NCBI GenBank assembly: GCA_963668175.1
Contig: OY764159.1
Location: 2,624,001 to 2,688,000, forward strand
Reading direction: 5' to 3'
DNA length: 64,000 nucleotides
Source: Syntrophales bacterium
GTDB lineage: Bacteria > Desulfobacterota > Syntrophia > Syntrophales > PHBD01
The notes below the pieces were generated by a model that did no database searches, was not told the origin of the DNA, and worked only from the letters and a program-made list of their open reading frames with translations. The position numbers and the translations under genes were made by a program. This document shows, in pieces, positions 19,766-30,490 of the stretch. Each line of letters opens with the position of its first letter. The first letter of the stretch is position 1.

Positions 19766-20080
19766 GGCATCCTCCTTGTCGTTCAGGGAATTACAGACCG
19801 GGACGCACGGCGGGATAAGGCAACCCTGGACCATCGGCGGGCGCGCCCCGTCGCGGCGGCCTCGTTCTACGTTCTGTGTATCGTCGTTTAAGCCGTTATA
19901 CAGGGTATCGTTTTGATTGTCAATGTCGCGCTTTGCGCGGCTGCGGCGGGGCGGAGCGGACACCGCGGGCCGGGGGCTTTTCCCGGACGGCGGCAGCGGC
20001 ACGCGCATGTGAAGAATTGTTAATTTATCTCAAATCCGCCGGGGGAGAGCGGGGCGCCGCCATCTGCTATCGGGAAAATC

Positions 20081-20279
20081 TGTAAAATCGTCGGAATTTT
20101 TACAGCGGATGCCGATCGACGCAACAGGCGGAGTTATTTAGCCCTTTATCTGTATGGCGGGTATCCGTCATGCCTCCGTCTGTCGGATAATTTTACAGAA
20201 TCCGATACTTTTTTAAGCGACGCAATCGTTCGATTGTACATAATATCAATGAAGTACTTCATATGGCCCATGTATTGCA
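20081..20279 (+). promoter_or_regulatory. Sigma-54 promoter with upstream enhancer boxes (PEP-CTERM type)
   Basis: TGGCCCATGTATTGCA (20264-20279, GG-N10-GC); GTCGG...TTTTACAG boxes near 20090 and 20182. Confidence 0.72.
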
Positions 20280-20340
20280 ATTCCGGAAGGCGCTGGGCTG
20301 GGACTTACAATACGAATGAGGGAGGAGTTAGACTAAGACG

Positions 20341-20898
20341 ATGAAACGCAAGATTGTACTTTTTCTGTTGGGCTTCGTGTTCATGCCGGCTTTGGCGTCG
20401 GCGGCGTCATTCAATTTCACCGGGACGATCAGTTACAATACCGATGTCGTGCAAATCACCTTCACCCTGTTAAACGATGCGACCAATGTGAGCCTTTACA
20501 CGAACTCGTTTAACGGCGGGGCGAACTTCGATCCCATAACGGCCTTGTGGACCGGCAGCGGCGCCTTGATCGCCCAAAACGACGACATAGATACCGCAAG
20601 CATCAATTTTGATTCGGGTATCTATCTCAGTTCGCTTTCGGCGGGGACCTATATCCTCACGATTGCGGCCTATGACAATTGGTCAAACGGTTTGACGCTG
20701 GCCGAAGGATTCTGGTACGACGGCACGGAGCCGGTGGCGATTACGGAATGGAGCGGCGGCTCCGGCTACTACAGCGTGGTTCTCGAAGGCGTCGATTCGG
20801 CAGTCGATACCACGGCGGTTCCGGAACCGGCCACCGTACTGCTTCTGGGATTGGGCCTGGTAGGCGCGGCCGTTGCCCGCAAGAAGTTTCGCAAGTAG
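20341..20898 (+). CDS. PEP-CTERM protein with DVUA0089-like domain
   Basis: Signal peptide; FDP...L..GSG.LIAQNDD...DS; VPEP + TM + RKKFRK. Confidence 0.92.
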   Translation: MKRKIVLFLLGFVFMPALASAASFNFTGTISYNTDVVQITFTLLNDATNVSLYTNSFNGGANFDPITALWTGSGALIAQNDDIDTASINFDSGIYLSSLSAGTYILTIAAYDNWSNGLTLAEGFWYDGTEPVAITEWSGGSGYYSVVLEGVDSAVDTTAVPEPATVLLLGLGLVGAAVARKKFRK

Positions 20899-20925
20899 AT
20901 AGCATCCGCCGAGATTTGAAAATAT

Positions 20926-20958
20926 AAAGGCAGGGTCTTTCCAAGGCCCTGCCTTTTT
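20926..20958 (+). terminator. Rho-independent terminator
   Basis: AAAGGCAGGG...CCCTGCCTTT-TT. Confidence 0.75.
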
Positions 20959-21069
20959 GCGTTCAAGCTCCCTTCCTGCCGCCCGCCTGTTGGAGAAAAC
21001 GCGTCACGGGCCTGTCTTTGCGGCGCGCGTTCCGCCCGTTCATTCCGCCTGTTCATTCGTCCGGCGCGT

Positions 21070-21756
21070 TCAGTCGCGCCGCGGGCGGCGGATCGTGAGC
21101 ATTTCGTTGCCGCCGATCTGGAATTCGTAATCGACGCGGGTGACTGCGGCCTCCATGTGTCCGCAGCCGGAGACGATTTTCTCGACGTAGGGCGACCGGC
21201 GGCCGTTCATGTCGAGCAGCGGGAAGATGCGGACCTCCCGCGCGACGCGGAGCATCTCCGCGACGGCAGCGGCGTGGAAGTCGTAGGAGAGATCGTCCGT
21301 GTACAGGAAAAGGAGGTGGGAGCACAGGGCGATGCCGAACGCGCCGTCGGCGAAGGGGAGATCGGGTAGTGCCGCCGCCACGTACCTTCCGGCGAGCCTG
21401 CCCTGTTCGTAGGAGGCGAGGAACCGCTTCATGGCGGCCATTCTCGCCCGGCCGAGATCGGCGACGGACGGGAAGACGTCCCAGCGGAACTGCTCCCTGT
21501 GCGCTTCCGTCTCCCGCATGACGGAGGGATACGCGGCTTCGACGGCGGCTTCCAGCGCGGCGGGCGACAGGATGTAGAGCGGATCGACGGAAACGACGCG
21601 GCCGCCACGGGCGCTGCATTCGCAGTTGAAGCTCGCGGGACCGTCGCCGCAGCCCAGGATGTTAAGTTTCAGGTCGTCTTCCGTGAGGGCGAACATCCGC
21701 ACGTACTCGTCGTAGTTCCGCCCCCACGGGACAATGCCTTGATAGCGTATGGTCAT
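21070..21756 (-). CDS. SAM-dependent methyltransferase
   Basis: ILGCGDGPASF glycine loop, VSVDP, LPF.DG.F..ALCSH and EMLRV. Confidence 0.85.
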   Translation of the reverse strand: MTIRYQGIVPWGRNYDEYVRMFALTEDDLKLNILGCGDGPASFNCECSARGGRVVSVDPLYILSPAALEAAVEAAYPSVMRETEAHREQFRWDVFPSVADLGRARMAAMKRFLASYEQGRLAGRYVAAALPDLPFADGAFGIALCSHLLFLYTDDLSYDFHAAAVAEMLRVAREVRIFPLLDMNGRRSPYVEKIVSGCGHMEAAVTRVDYEFQIGGNEMLTIRRPRRD

Positions 21757-21769
21757 GGCTTCGGCCTGT

Positions 21770-22504
21770 TCAATCCTCCGGCGGTTCGTCTTCATCCGCG
21801 AGCGGCAGGGCCTCCCGCTTTTCCGGCCCGGCTTCCTCCTTGACCGAATTGACGGAGTAGCTCAGGAAAGCGGGCTTCGGACTGAAGGCCAGGTCTGCGC
21901 GCTTCCTGAACCCGGCCACGTACTGCTTCTGGGCGTCTGTGTAATTTCCCTTGTCCTTCCACTGCGCGCAGGTATACGGGGTATCCTTGACGCTTTCCCA
22001 ATAGGCAATCTCGACGAAAGTTTTCTTGTAGGATGTGTTCGTGACCGATTCCATCAGCACGCACTTGGCCCTGCCCTTGACGCGGGCGACCCTCACGGCC
22101 TTCTCGTACTGTATATCGCCTACGGTCAGCATGTCGTAATCCAGGATATACTTCCCGTTTCTGTCGATTGCGGGTGTGTGCCAGTTCCAGTTCGGAGATA
22201 CCAGGGTTGCGATTTTGATGTAGAAGGCCCGGTAGGGCGCGCCCTCCTTTCGCTTGACTTCGTTCCAGTTGTAAAATTCATCCGATCTCCTGCCCGTGGC
22301 GGGAGGACCGCCGAACCTGCTCTGACTCGCCCCGCCGATCTCCTGCATCCCCACGTACTTGAATTCCTTCGACACCTCGATCTCCATCTTCGGGAACTCG
22401 GAGACGAAGCGGTTACCCGCGACTTCCCTTTGCGTCGCGCAGCCGGTGAGCATCACGGCGGCCGCAATCCCCAAACTCCACAACAATCGCCCTGAAAATG
22501 TCAT
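21770..22504 (-). CDS. Hypothetical lipoprotein
   Basis: LTGC lipobox. Confidence 0.75.
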   Translation of the reverse strand: MTFSGRLLWSLGIAAAVMLTGCATQREVAGNRFVSEFPKMEIEVSKEFKYVGMQEIGGASQSRFGGPPATGRRSDEFYNWNEVKRKEGAPYRAFYIKIATLVSPNWNWHTPAIDRNGKYILDYDMLTVGDIQYEKAVRVARVKGRAKCVLMESVTNTSYKKTFVEIAYWESVKDTPYTCAQWKDKGNYTDAQKQYVAGFRKRADLAFSPKPAFLSYSVNSVKEEAGPEKREALPLADEDEPPED

Positions 22505-22931
22505 AACCCCCCTTGTTTCAGTTTATGAAATACCGACGGACGCCGCAAGAAAAATACCGCTGCCCGGCCGTGCGGACGGTTCCGGCCGTGCCGACGCAAG
22601 CCCTTCCGTTTCTTAAAGAAACGATACTAAGTAAGGAATATTAATATAATATACATTAAATAACCATCTTTGTCAGTAAAAATTTATCCCGCCGCCATCC
22701 GTCCGGCGCCGTCATTCATAAGGCACAACCGATCGTACCGTACTGAATATCACGCGTTCCGTCTTCTCCGTGAGCGGCATGATCCTTGCTGATATCATCC
22801 ACGATGTCGTTGCCGGGGTCCGTTGTACGGTCCGGCAGGACGGACGGTAACCGGTGTACAGCCCGGCTGTGGGAGCCACGAGATCGGAAGGGGCACGGAT
22901 TCGAACGGACAGACAAGAAAGGTGGTGGAAT

Positions 22932-23339
22932 ATGTCGCTTTTAAAATGGAACGACAATTTAAGCGTCAAGATTGCGGCTATGGACAAAGAACATCAGAAA
23001 CTGATCGGCCTGATCAACGATCTGAACGACGCCATGGGACAGGGGAAGGGAAAAGACATCATCGGCAAGACCCTCGACGGGCTTTTGCTCTACACCAAGA
23101 CGCACTTTGCCGACGAGGAGAAGATGCTTACCGCGCACGCCTATCCCGAACTCGTCAAGCAGAAGAACATGCATGTGAAGTTCGTGGAAAAGGTCACCGA
23201 GTACAAACAGAAGTACGAATCCGGAAATACGGCGTTAAGCATCGCGGTGGTCGATTTCCTGTCGAACTGGCTCAAGAGCCATATCCAGGTCGAGGATAAA
23301 AAATACGGCGTGTATCTGAACGCGAAAGGCGTCAAATAG
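22932..23339 (+). CDS. Bacteriohemerythrin
   Basis: W...LSV...MD.EH, HF..EE, H..F and WL..HI..ED ligands; one usual His position reads Q (VKQKNMH). Confidence 0.9.
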   Translation: MSLLKWNDNLSVKIAAMDKEHQKLIGLINDLNDAMGQGKGKDIIGKTLDGLLLYTKTHFADEEKMLTAHAYPELVKQKNMHVKFVEKVTEYKQKYESGNTALSIAVVDFLSNWLKSHIQVEDKKYGVYLNAKGVK

Positions 23340-23359
23340 GACAGGTCTCCCTCCGGCCG

Positions 23360-23794
23360 TTAGTCCGCCTGGCCGCGGCCGACGACGAATTTGCTCGTGA
23401 AGTACTTTTTGCGGATCGTTCCGGCCTCTTTTTCGACCCACCTGTCCAGGCCTACCTTCTTGATCCGGCCCAGGTTGTAGACCTTCATGTTGTGGGGATA
23501 GCGGGCGGCCTGGTCGGCGGTGGGGGCCAGGTAAGCGCAGGGAAAGTCCCCGCAGTCGCAGCAAAGGGCCACGCCTTTGGCCTTGACGCAGTCGAGCGTC
23601 GCGCAGCCTTCCTTCGGCAGATGGAAGTGGACGCCGTCCTCCGCGCTGCACCCCTTGCAGGGGACGGCCTCTTTCGGCACGCCCATCTTCGCGTGGACCC
23701 GCTCCACCATGTCGGGGCTTATGTTGTCCTCGTAAAGCTCGCAGTTGAAGCAGTCGAGCCCGCAAGGCGCCGTCAGGGCCTTCTTCTTTTCCAT
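23360..23794 (-). CDS. DUF3795-domain Cys-rich protein
   Basis: APCGLDCFNC, CKGC, C...C and CCDC.DFPC pattern; GGAGG RBS. Confidence 0.85.
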   Translation of the reverse strand: MEKKKALTAPCGLDCFNCELYEDNISPDMVERVHAKMGVPKEAVPCKGCSAEDGVHFHLPKEGCATLDCVKAKGVALCCDCGDFPCAYLAPTADQAARYPHNMKVYNLGRIKKVGLDRWVEKEAGTIRKKYFTSKFVVGRGQAD

Positions 23795-23808
23795 GATCGT
23801 GTCCTCCT

Positions 23809-24342
23809 TCATTTTGCGGCGGTCAGCCTTTCGTGAGGGTTGATGTAGAACATCCGCTCCCAGCCGTACCGCTCCGGTTTGTACAGCCACACATACGGGA
23901 TTTGCGTGATGATGGCGTAATGGAGATGAGGCGGCTTGCCGGCGGCGTTGCCCGTCGTCCCGACGGTGCCGACGACATCCCCGCGGGAGACATATTGTCC
24001 GCTCGCCGCCCGGACCTCTTGCAGGTGCGCGTAGTAGTGGATCCGCCATTTCGGACCGAAGACCGAAACGACGTTGCCGCCCTGGGAGAGCGTCCCGGCG
24101 TACAGGACGATTCCCGGCGTCGCCGCGACGACCGCCGTGCCTTCCTTCGCAAAGATGTCGATGCCCTTGTGAACGCCGGACGCGCCCCAGGGGTGCCAGA
24201 AGGAATCCCGGTTCCAGTCCGCCCTGGTCGCACCGAGGACCGGTATGGCGGGCTCTTCCGGCAGGAGGAACCCTCCGGCCAGGATAGCGGCCGCCAGAGC
24301 CGCGGCGGCGATCAGGTATGTTCTTTTCTTCCTGCGAGCCAT
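23809..24342 (-). CDS. M23 family metallopeptidase
   Basis: HKGIDI, YAHL and HLH motifs. Confidence 0.92.
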   Translation of the reverse strand: MARRKKRTYLIAAAALAAAILAGGFLLPEEPAIPVLGATRADWNRDSFWHPWGASGVHKGIDIFAKEGTAVVAATPGIVLYAGTLSQGGNVVSVFGPKWRIHYYAHLQEVRAASGQYVSRGDVVGTVGTTGNAAGKPPHLHYAIITQIPYVWLYKPERYGWERMFYINPHERLTAAK

Positions 24343-24409
24343 AGGGATGCAAAGAGGTTCAGTGTCTGCGAAAGCGGCTCCAGCCGCCGCCGGCGTTCGT
24401 GTTCCGGCC

Positions 24410-24715
24410 TCACCTGATGCGCAGCGTCGGGCCGTAGAAGACCCAGCCGCTCCGGCCGTCCGACGTTTCGATATTCATCGCCATGTGGTTCTTCCCGTAT
24501 CGTATGCGCTTGATGACGGCCCTGTCGTTCGCCGAGACGGAGAACAGGGGCGCTTCTCTCTGCGGATAAGGCTCGCGGCTTGCGTAAACCGGCGTCTTCC
24601 CGACGATCTCGATTTCGTGTCTCCGGTCGTCCCAAAGATCGTAGGCATAAAGGCCTGCGCAGGCCGATAAGACGCCTGCCGAGGCGATGACGACTTTCTT
24701 TATCATGTTTTCCAT
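24410..24715 (-). CDS. Hypothetical membrane-anchored protein (SH3-like C-terminus)
   Basis: N-terminal hydrophobic anchor; SDGRSGWV. Confidence 0.55.
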   Translation of the reverse strand: MENMIKKVVIASAGVLSACAGLYAYDLWDDRRHEIEIVGKTPVYASREPYPQREAPLFSVSANDRAVIKRIRYGKNHMAMNIETSDGRSGWVFYGPTLRIR

Positions 24716-24933
24716 GGAATGCGTACCTGAATGAATGCCGACAGGGTGATCGGCCTCCCGTTCGTTCTTCGTGCAGGTGATCTTCTGTATAGATAATATA
24801 TGCACAGATAATCTATTGTCCGCGGCAAAGCAAACGATATTTTCAGCAAAAATCCGCACGATGGTGTCCCGGAGCAAGGGATGCCGCACATCCCGTTGTC
24901 CGGTCCGGATGGACGGAAATACGCGGCCAAAGG

Positions 24934-25106
24934 ATATCAAAATGAAAAAATGAATATCAATATGAAAAGAACGGTTTTCAATATGAAATTGTTATGAGAT
25001 TAATCGTAGTCCGTCCTACCGTCTATTAAACGGTTATCATTTGAATATCATAATAGTATCTCTCAGATGGCCAGGAGTGTGACCGGAAGCTGGCATGTAA
25101 TATGCT
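24934..25106 (+). promoter_or_regulatory. Sigma-54 promoter with three upstream TCAA(A/T)ATGAAA boxes
   Basis: TGGCATGTAATATGCT (25091-25106); repeated boxes at about 24937, 24957 and 24978. Confidence 0.7.
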
Positions 25107-25237
25107 CTTTCTTTGATCAGCATGCGAGCGGAGAGATGGCGGCGACGATCTGCCTTGGGGCATGCGGGCGGAGGTATGTTGTGCTCAAACGGAAGCGGTT
25201 AAATACCAACAAGCAAGGATCCACTAAGGAGGCTATT

Positions 25238-25981
25238 ATGAAGAAAAGCGGCAGAATGATTATCGTGGCGTTTATCGCGGTCGCGTTGGCGGCGGCCTGG
25301 GGTCTTTATCCCGCATCGGTGTATGCCATGTCGGTGCAGGACCTGGACAACACGTGGGGCAAGCCGGTCATGACCGTAAAAACGGACAGCGGCCTGGAAA
25401 AAAGATATTACAAGCTGGGCAACACGATGTCGGATATGGGCTACCGGGTCTTTTCGATCAAGGGCGACGCCGTCACCGACGAGGGCCTGAGCGGCTCCCT
25501 TCCCGTTATCACGACGCCCGTGATCCCGGGACTGCCCGTCATGGCCGTGAGCCGGGATTACTGGGCCAATCATCCTACCCAGGCGGACTCCCTCGGCAAG
25601 CCGAACAGCACCAGGCATCTGCCCGACGGCTCGATGGAGCTGTTCTTCAAGTACGAGGGGGCCTCGGACATCGGCAACCGTTACTATCTCGTGAAGGACG
25701 GCAGGGTCGTCGCCTCCGGAACGACGGCGAGGGCGCTGACCGACCCGCAGGCAGTCGAACAGAAGGCGACACGAACCATCGAAGCGAGCGAATCCTACTA
25801 CAAGAACAATCCGATGACGCTTGAACAGGTCGAAGCGACGTGGGGCCAGCCGGTCCTCGTTCGGAAATTGAGCAACGGCGTGGAGGAGCGCCTCTACCGG
25901 TTCCAGAACACGCTCAGCCTGGGTTTCAGGTTCTTCCTGATTAAAGACGGTAAGGTCATCGCCAGCGGCACGGAAGGATAA
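25238..25981 (+). CDS. Exported protein with three internal repeats
   Basis: AAGGAGG RBS and signal peptide; three (W/L)G(K/Q)P...G.R.(F/Y)..K(D)G.V units. Confidence 0.8.
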   Translation: MKKSGRMIIVAFIAVALAAAWGLYPASVYAMSVQDLDNTWGKPVMTVKTDSGLEKRYYKLGNTMSDMGYRVFSIKGDAVTDEGLSGSLPVITTPVIPGLPVMAVSRDYWANHPTQADSLGKPNSTRHLPDGSMELFFKYEGASDIGNRYYLVKDGRVVASGTTARALTDPQAVEQKATRTIEASESYYKNNPMTLEQVEATWGQPVLVRKLSNGVEERLYRFQNTLSLGFRFFLIKDGKVIASGTEG

Positions 25982-26005
25982 CGACGGCTGCATGGCGGAA
26001 CAGAG

Positions 26006-26042
26006 ACTGCCCGGTCCGCAGAGGTCCGGGCAGTTTTTTTTT
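26006..26042 (+). terminator. Rho-independent terminator
   Basis: ACTGCCCGG...CCGGGCAGT followed by a T run. Confidence 0.85.
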
Positions 26043-26059
26043 GCCCGAATCGGCGGCGC

Positions 26060-26605
26060 TCAGTCGCTCCGCGATTTGCGTTTACTCCTGCGTGCGGCCC
26101 ACACGGCGAAGCACAGCGACGGGACGACGACCCAGATAAATTCGCTCGCCATGACGGCCAGCCCCCGGGCCGAGAACAAGCGGCGGGGGGAAAGCGGCGA
26201 CACCTCGATGGGCCGGAACGGGAGGAAGAACCTTTCGTCGGAAAACGGCGAGAAGAAGGCGACGCCGAGGCCGCCGTTCGTCATGGCGTCCAGGATATCG
26301 TGGAGGAGGCCGCAGAGAAGGAAAACGGAAAAAAGCCGGAGCCGTTCATTCCGGGATAGGTCATGGCGGAGCATGCAAAGGGACGCCGCGAAAGCGGCGA
26401 TCGCGGCAAAGAAGATGCCGTGGAAAAAACCCCGGTGGCCGAGCCAGTGGCCGTAGGGGATGCCGAACCGAAAGCCCAGCGAGTCGATGTCGGGCGCGAC
26501 GGAGCAGAGGACGCAAAGGAGGAACACCCCGGCTGCGTAAGGCTTCGACCGGAAGTACGAACCCGCGGCGATCCCTGCGATGCTGTGTCCGATGACGGTG
26601 GGCAA
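26060..26605 (-). CDS. YdjM-like membrane metal-dependent hydrolase
   Basis: GH, PDID, HRGFFH and LHDILDAMTNGG motifs. Confidence 0.88.
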   Translation of the reverse strand: MPTVIGHSIAGIAAGSYFRSKPYAAGVFLLCVLCSVAPDIDSLGFRFGIPYGHWLGHRGFFHGIFFAAIAAFAASLCMLRHDLSRNERLRLFSVFLLCGLLHDILDAMTNGGLGVAFFSPFSDERFFLPFRPIEVSPLSPRRLFSARGLAVMASEFIWVVVPSLCFAVWAARRSKRKSRSD

Positions 26606-26632
26606 GGATATTCCTTTATCGCCTGCGCGGCG

Positions 26633-27436
26633 TCAGGAGCCGAATTTGCCGTAACGCTGAAAGTCCGAGAAATACAGGACGATGGTCTTTCCGCCGGCCT
26701 GCGTCGGGAAATAAAGCTCGTAGTACCCTTTGTTGTAATTGAAGCGATCGTTTTTCTCCCGGCCGTTGAAAACGCTGTCCAGGTATGACCGGTCTTCATG
26801 CGACGCGGAGAATATGAATTGATGTTTTGCCACATCTTTATCCTTTGCGGGGTATTCACGGGCTTGAAAACCCAAAAATACTCTTTTCCCGTCAATGTTG
26901 TCGGGCAGGATGAGAACGACTTCCGGGAAATGCTTGTCCGTCTTTTTGATGACGTTCAATACGGCTCCCGCTTTCAAGGCATACTCTTTTGAGAATTCGT
27001 ACCTGGCGAGGGCGGCCAGCTCCGCCTGATTCTCGGCGATGAGCGACCGGGCCGCCTGGACGAGAATGTCCTTTCGCAGTTCGGCGGTGACCATATCGCC
27101 GGCGAAAAGAGTGCCGCATATGATCGGGAACGACAGGGCGGCGGCAATGATCCTGAACTTGGAGACTTTACGGACCGCAGATACGGCATCCGCTTTCTTT
27201 TCCGCGATGACGCCCGAAATCTTCGACAGATTGGACATGATGTTCAAAACCATGGCCCCGCCGAGAACGGCGAATATGCCCAATACGCTCAGATAGAATA
27301 TCTGGGTGATATGTTCCCGGAAGATTTTCAGATCGAATGTGGTGATGACGAGGAAGATAAAGACCCAGTAAAACAAGGCGACAGTCGCCAGCAGCGCGAC
27401 CCTGTTGGTGAGCCTGATGATGCGGTCGTGGTTCAT
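26633..27436 (-). CDS. Conserved hypothetical membrane protein
   Basis: Three TM helices and a soluble C-terminal domain; start taken at MNHDR. Confidence 0.75.
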   Translation of the reverse strand: MNHDRIIRLTNRVALLATVALFYWVFIFLVITTFDLKIFREHITQIFYLSVLGIFAVLGGAMVLNIMSNLSKISGVIAEKKADAVSAVRKVSKFRIIAAALSFPIICGTLFAGDMVTAELRKDILVQAARSLIAENQAELAALARYEFSKEYALKAGAVLNVIKKTDKHFPEVVLILPDNIDGKRVFLGFQAREYPAKDKDVAKHQFIFSASHEDRSYLDSVFNGREKNDRFNYNKGYYELYFPTQAGGKTIVLYFSDFQRYGKFGS

Positions 27437-27572
27437 GTCGGGCCTCCCTCTTATCCTGAGATACCAGTTGAATTGCAGATGCATCGGGGAAACGGACGCG
27501 CCGACGGCGGTCGGAGGGCGGGGCAGATGAATGCGCCTGCGGGAGAAAACGACGCATGTCCTTCCCGGCCGG

Positions 27573-27908
27573 TCACTTCAGGTTGCCGGGGAGGTAGTCT
27601 TCCCGGAGGGGGGAGAAGGTCTCCGTGGCGACGGAGTCTTCGAGGATCTCGGCCTGGTGTTCGACGTGGCCCGGGATGCACCAGCTGTCGCCCGGGGAGG
27701 CGTCGAAGGTCTCGTCCCCGACGGTCAGGCGGAGGCGCCCCGATACGAGGTAGCCCGTCTGCTCGTAGAGATGGGCGTGCCGGGGCAGCACGTTCCCCTT
27801 CTTCAGGCGGAATTCCGCGAGGAGCGTCTTGTCGCCCCAGGCGAGGGCCTTGATCCTGACGCCGGGAACGACCTCCACAAATCCTTCGTCGTTCTTCCTG
27901 TAAAACAT
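27573..27908 (-). CDS. Cupin domain protein
   Basis: HAHLYEQ...G.L and GDSWCIPG.VEH...FSP.RED. Confidence 0.88.
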   Translation of the reverse strand: MFYRKNDEGFVEVVPGVRIKALAWGDKTLLAEFRLKKGNVLPRHAHLYEQTGYLVSGRLRLTVGDETFDASPGDSWCIPGHVEHQAEILEDSVATETFSPLREDYLPGNLK

Positions 27909-27976
27909 GATGCTTTCCTTTCCGGGCATGCGGCGCTTCGTCCTTCGCCCATCGGTTTCGTCTTGAAAATGCCGGT

Positions 27977-30025
27977 TCAGCCGTCGAGGACTTCCCGGAG
28001 CTTCCGGGAGAGGTCCCGTACGTGGAACGGCTTCTGCATAAATCCCCTGCAGCCGCGGTCCATGATCCGCTGGGCCTGCGTGTTGATGGTGTAGCCGCTC
28101 GACAGGAGGACCCGGACCTCCGGATCGATCTCGCGCAGGCGGTCGAAGGTCTCCTCGCCGGAAATTCCGGGCATGATCAGGTCGAGGATGACGAGATCGA
28201 TCTTGTCTTTCTTTTCCGCATAGGTGGCCACGGCCTCCTGGCCGCTGCCGGCCACGTAGACGCGGTAGCCCAGCGTCTCCAGCATGTCCTTGCTCACTTC
28301 GAGCACGCTCTTCTCGTCGTCCACGACGAGGACCGTCTCGGAACCCTTCACGGGTTCCGCAGTGACGACCTTCTCTCTCACGATCTCTTTCCGGGAGGCG
28401 GGCAGGTAGATGCTGAACGTCGCGCCCTGGCCGGGTTCGCTGTAGACGTTGATGACGCCCTCGTGGCCCGTGACGATGCCGTAGACCATCGCGAGTCCCA
28501 GCCCCGTCCCCTTGCCCATCTCCTTCGTCGTGAAGAAGGGGTCGAAGATGCGTTCCTTCGTCTTGCCGTCCATGCCGACGCCCGTGTCGGTGACGGATAT
28601 CCTCACGTACCGGCCGGGCTTGACCTTGAAATGCGCCACATCGCCTTCGGTCATATCGACGTTCCGGGTTTCGAGGTAGAGTTCCCCGCCCGCCGGCATG
28701 GCCTGCCAAGCGTTTACGTACAGGTTCATGAGGACCTGTTCGATCTGACCCTGGTCCACCTCGACGGTGGCGATGTCCCTGGCGAACTTGGTATGGATGG
28801 TGATCTCTTTTTTCGTCCTGCCGAACATGGCGGCGGTCTTGTCGATGACGTCGTTGATGTTGACGGGTTTGATCTCGTAGCGGCCGCCCCGGGCGAAACC
28901 GAGGAGGCGCTTGGTCAGATCGGCGCCGCTGACGACCTGTTTTTCGATCTGGAGGAGCCGCTCGTGGTGGGGATGCAGATGGTCCATATCGAGACGCATC
29001 AGGGAGACGTTGCCCAGGATCGCCATGAGGAGATTGTTGAAGTCGTGGGCGATGCCCCCGGCCAGCGTGCCGATGGCCTCCATCTTCTGGGCCTGCTGGA
29101 GCTGCCCCTTCAGCTTTTCCCTTTCTTCCTCCTCTTTGTGGTGCTCCGTCATGTCCCGGGCGATACCCCGGAAGCCCGTTATTTTACCGTCGTTGTTCCG
29201 TATCAGCGAGGCCGACACTTCCAGGTGGCGGACCTCGCCGTCCCGGCGGAATATCTCGTAGTCGATGACCTTCACCGGGGCGCCGGTCGTGAACATGGCG
29301 TTGAACGCCCTGTATATTTTGCTCAGGGATTCGGGCGAGCAGTATGTCTTGTTGCTCATGCCCAAGAGGTCTTCCCGCGGGTAGTCGAATATCCGGCGGA
29401 GGGGCTCGTTGAAGAAGGTCAGGCGGCCGGCGGTGTCGACTTCGAAGTAGCCGTCCTCGATATTTTCGATGATGCTCCGGTAGCGCTCCTCGCTTTGTTT
29501 GAGCGACTCCCTGGCCCGTATGCGCTCGGAGATGTCGGAGTATATCCCCTGGAGATAGGTTCTGCCCTGGAGCTGGAAGGCCACGGCCGTCGATTCGACG
29601 TTGACGATGTTGCCGGCGACGTCGATAAGGCGGTGCTCACGGACCGGCAGGGTCACGTGGTTCCTGTCGATCTCGCCGGTTTTGGCGGAAGCGTTCCTGA
29701 AAGCGGTTTCGATCCGCGCCGCCGAACCCTCGCGATCGTCGGGGTGGACGAATTCGAGGTAGGTGCGCCCCACGATCTCTTCGGGGCCCTTGGCGCCCAG
29801 GAGGGCCGTCATGGCCGTATTGACCATCTGGATCGTGCCGCCGTATTCGTAGATGAGGATGCCCTGGGTGGATGTTTCGAAAAGGGAGCGGTACTTCTCT
29901 TCGTTTTCGGCAAAGAGGCCGCCGCAGTCGCCGGCCGCGGCGAGCTGCGACGAAAGATCGGCCAGGCGCTTGCGGAGAGCGGTCACTTCTGCGGCAAGCT
30001 CTTCCGGGGTCTTGGCGTCGTCCAT
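27977..30025 (-). CDS. Cytoplasmic PAS-PAS hybrid histidine kinase/response regulator
   Basis: Two PAS domains, AHDFNN, FDPFFTTK...GTGLGL and a REC domain. Confidence 0.93.
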   Translation of the reverse strand: MDDAKTPEELAAEVTALRKRLADLSSQLAAAGDCGGLFAENEEKYRSLFETSTQGILIYEYGGTIQMVNTAMTALLGAKGPEEIVGRTYLEFVHPDDREGSAARIETAFRNASAKTGEIDRNHVTLPVREHRLIDVAGNIVNVESTAVAFQLQGRTYLQGIYSDISERIRARESLKQSEERYRSIIENIEDGYFEVDTAGRLTFFNEPLRRIFDYPREDLLGMSNKTYCSPESLSKIYRAFNAMFTTGAPVKVIDYEIFRRDGEVRHLEVSASLIRNNDGKITGFRGIARDMTEHHKEEEEREKLKGQLQQAQKMEAIGTLAGGIAHDFNNLLMAILGNVSLMRLDMDHLHPHHERLLQIEKQVVSGADLTKRLLGFARGGRYEIKPVNINDVIDKTAAMFGRTKKEITIHTKFARDIATVEVDQGQIEQVLMNLYVNAWQAMPAGGELYLETRNVDMTEGDVAHFKVKPGRYVRISVTDTGVGMDGKTKERIFDPFFTTKEMGKGTGLGLAMVYGIVTGHEGVINVYSEPGQGATFSIYLPASRKEIVREKVVTAEPVKGSETVLVVDDEKSVLEVSKDMLETLGYRVYVAGSGQEAVATYAEKKDKIDLVILDLIMPGISGEETFDRLREIDPEVRVLLSSGYTINTQAQRIMDRGCRGFMQKPFHVRDLSRKLREVLDG

Positions 30026-30490
30026 ACGAGGCCCTTTCTTCGACGCGTCATGTCGTTACTGTAACGTATAGCGTGCGTCCGGCCGCCAACGCCGCCCGCG
30101 AAGCAGGCGCCGCTGTTGCGTCCGGGCCCTGTCGTTTCCTGATGCGGGCAAACTAGCACAATTCCCGGCGGAATGCTTGTATTTTATTGTAAAACTCCCG
30201 TATCGGCCTTCGTTGGGGAAGACGGCGGGGAGGGGGTGCCGCGCCGTTTCCGGGCGACGTCGCACCGTTCAGGCCGGGGTTGCGCGCGGATACGATATTC
30301 TCGGGTGTCTCAGGGACTTGCCGGATATTTCCGCTTTGTCCGCAGTTTTCTGCGGGGCATTGTACGCCCCGGCTTCCGCCATGTCACCGTCAGAAAAGGC
30401 GGCAGTGCTGTCGGAAAACCTGACGCTATTTGCCTGGCGGCGCTGCCGGAGAATTGTATAAAAATGAATAATATCTTATAGTAACGTTTA

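Noticed and set aside
22880..22912. tRNA fragment (GGATTCGAAC on the + strand)
   Set aside because: Only a T-loop-like word; no cloverleaf can be built.
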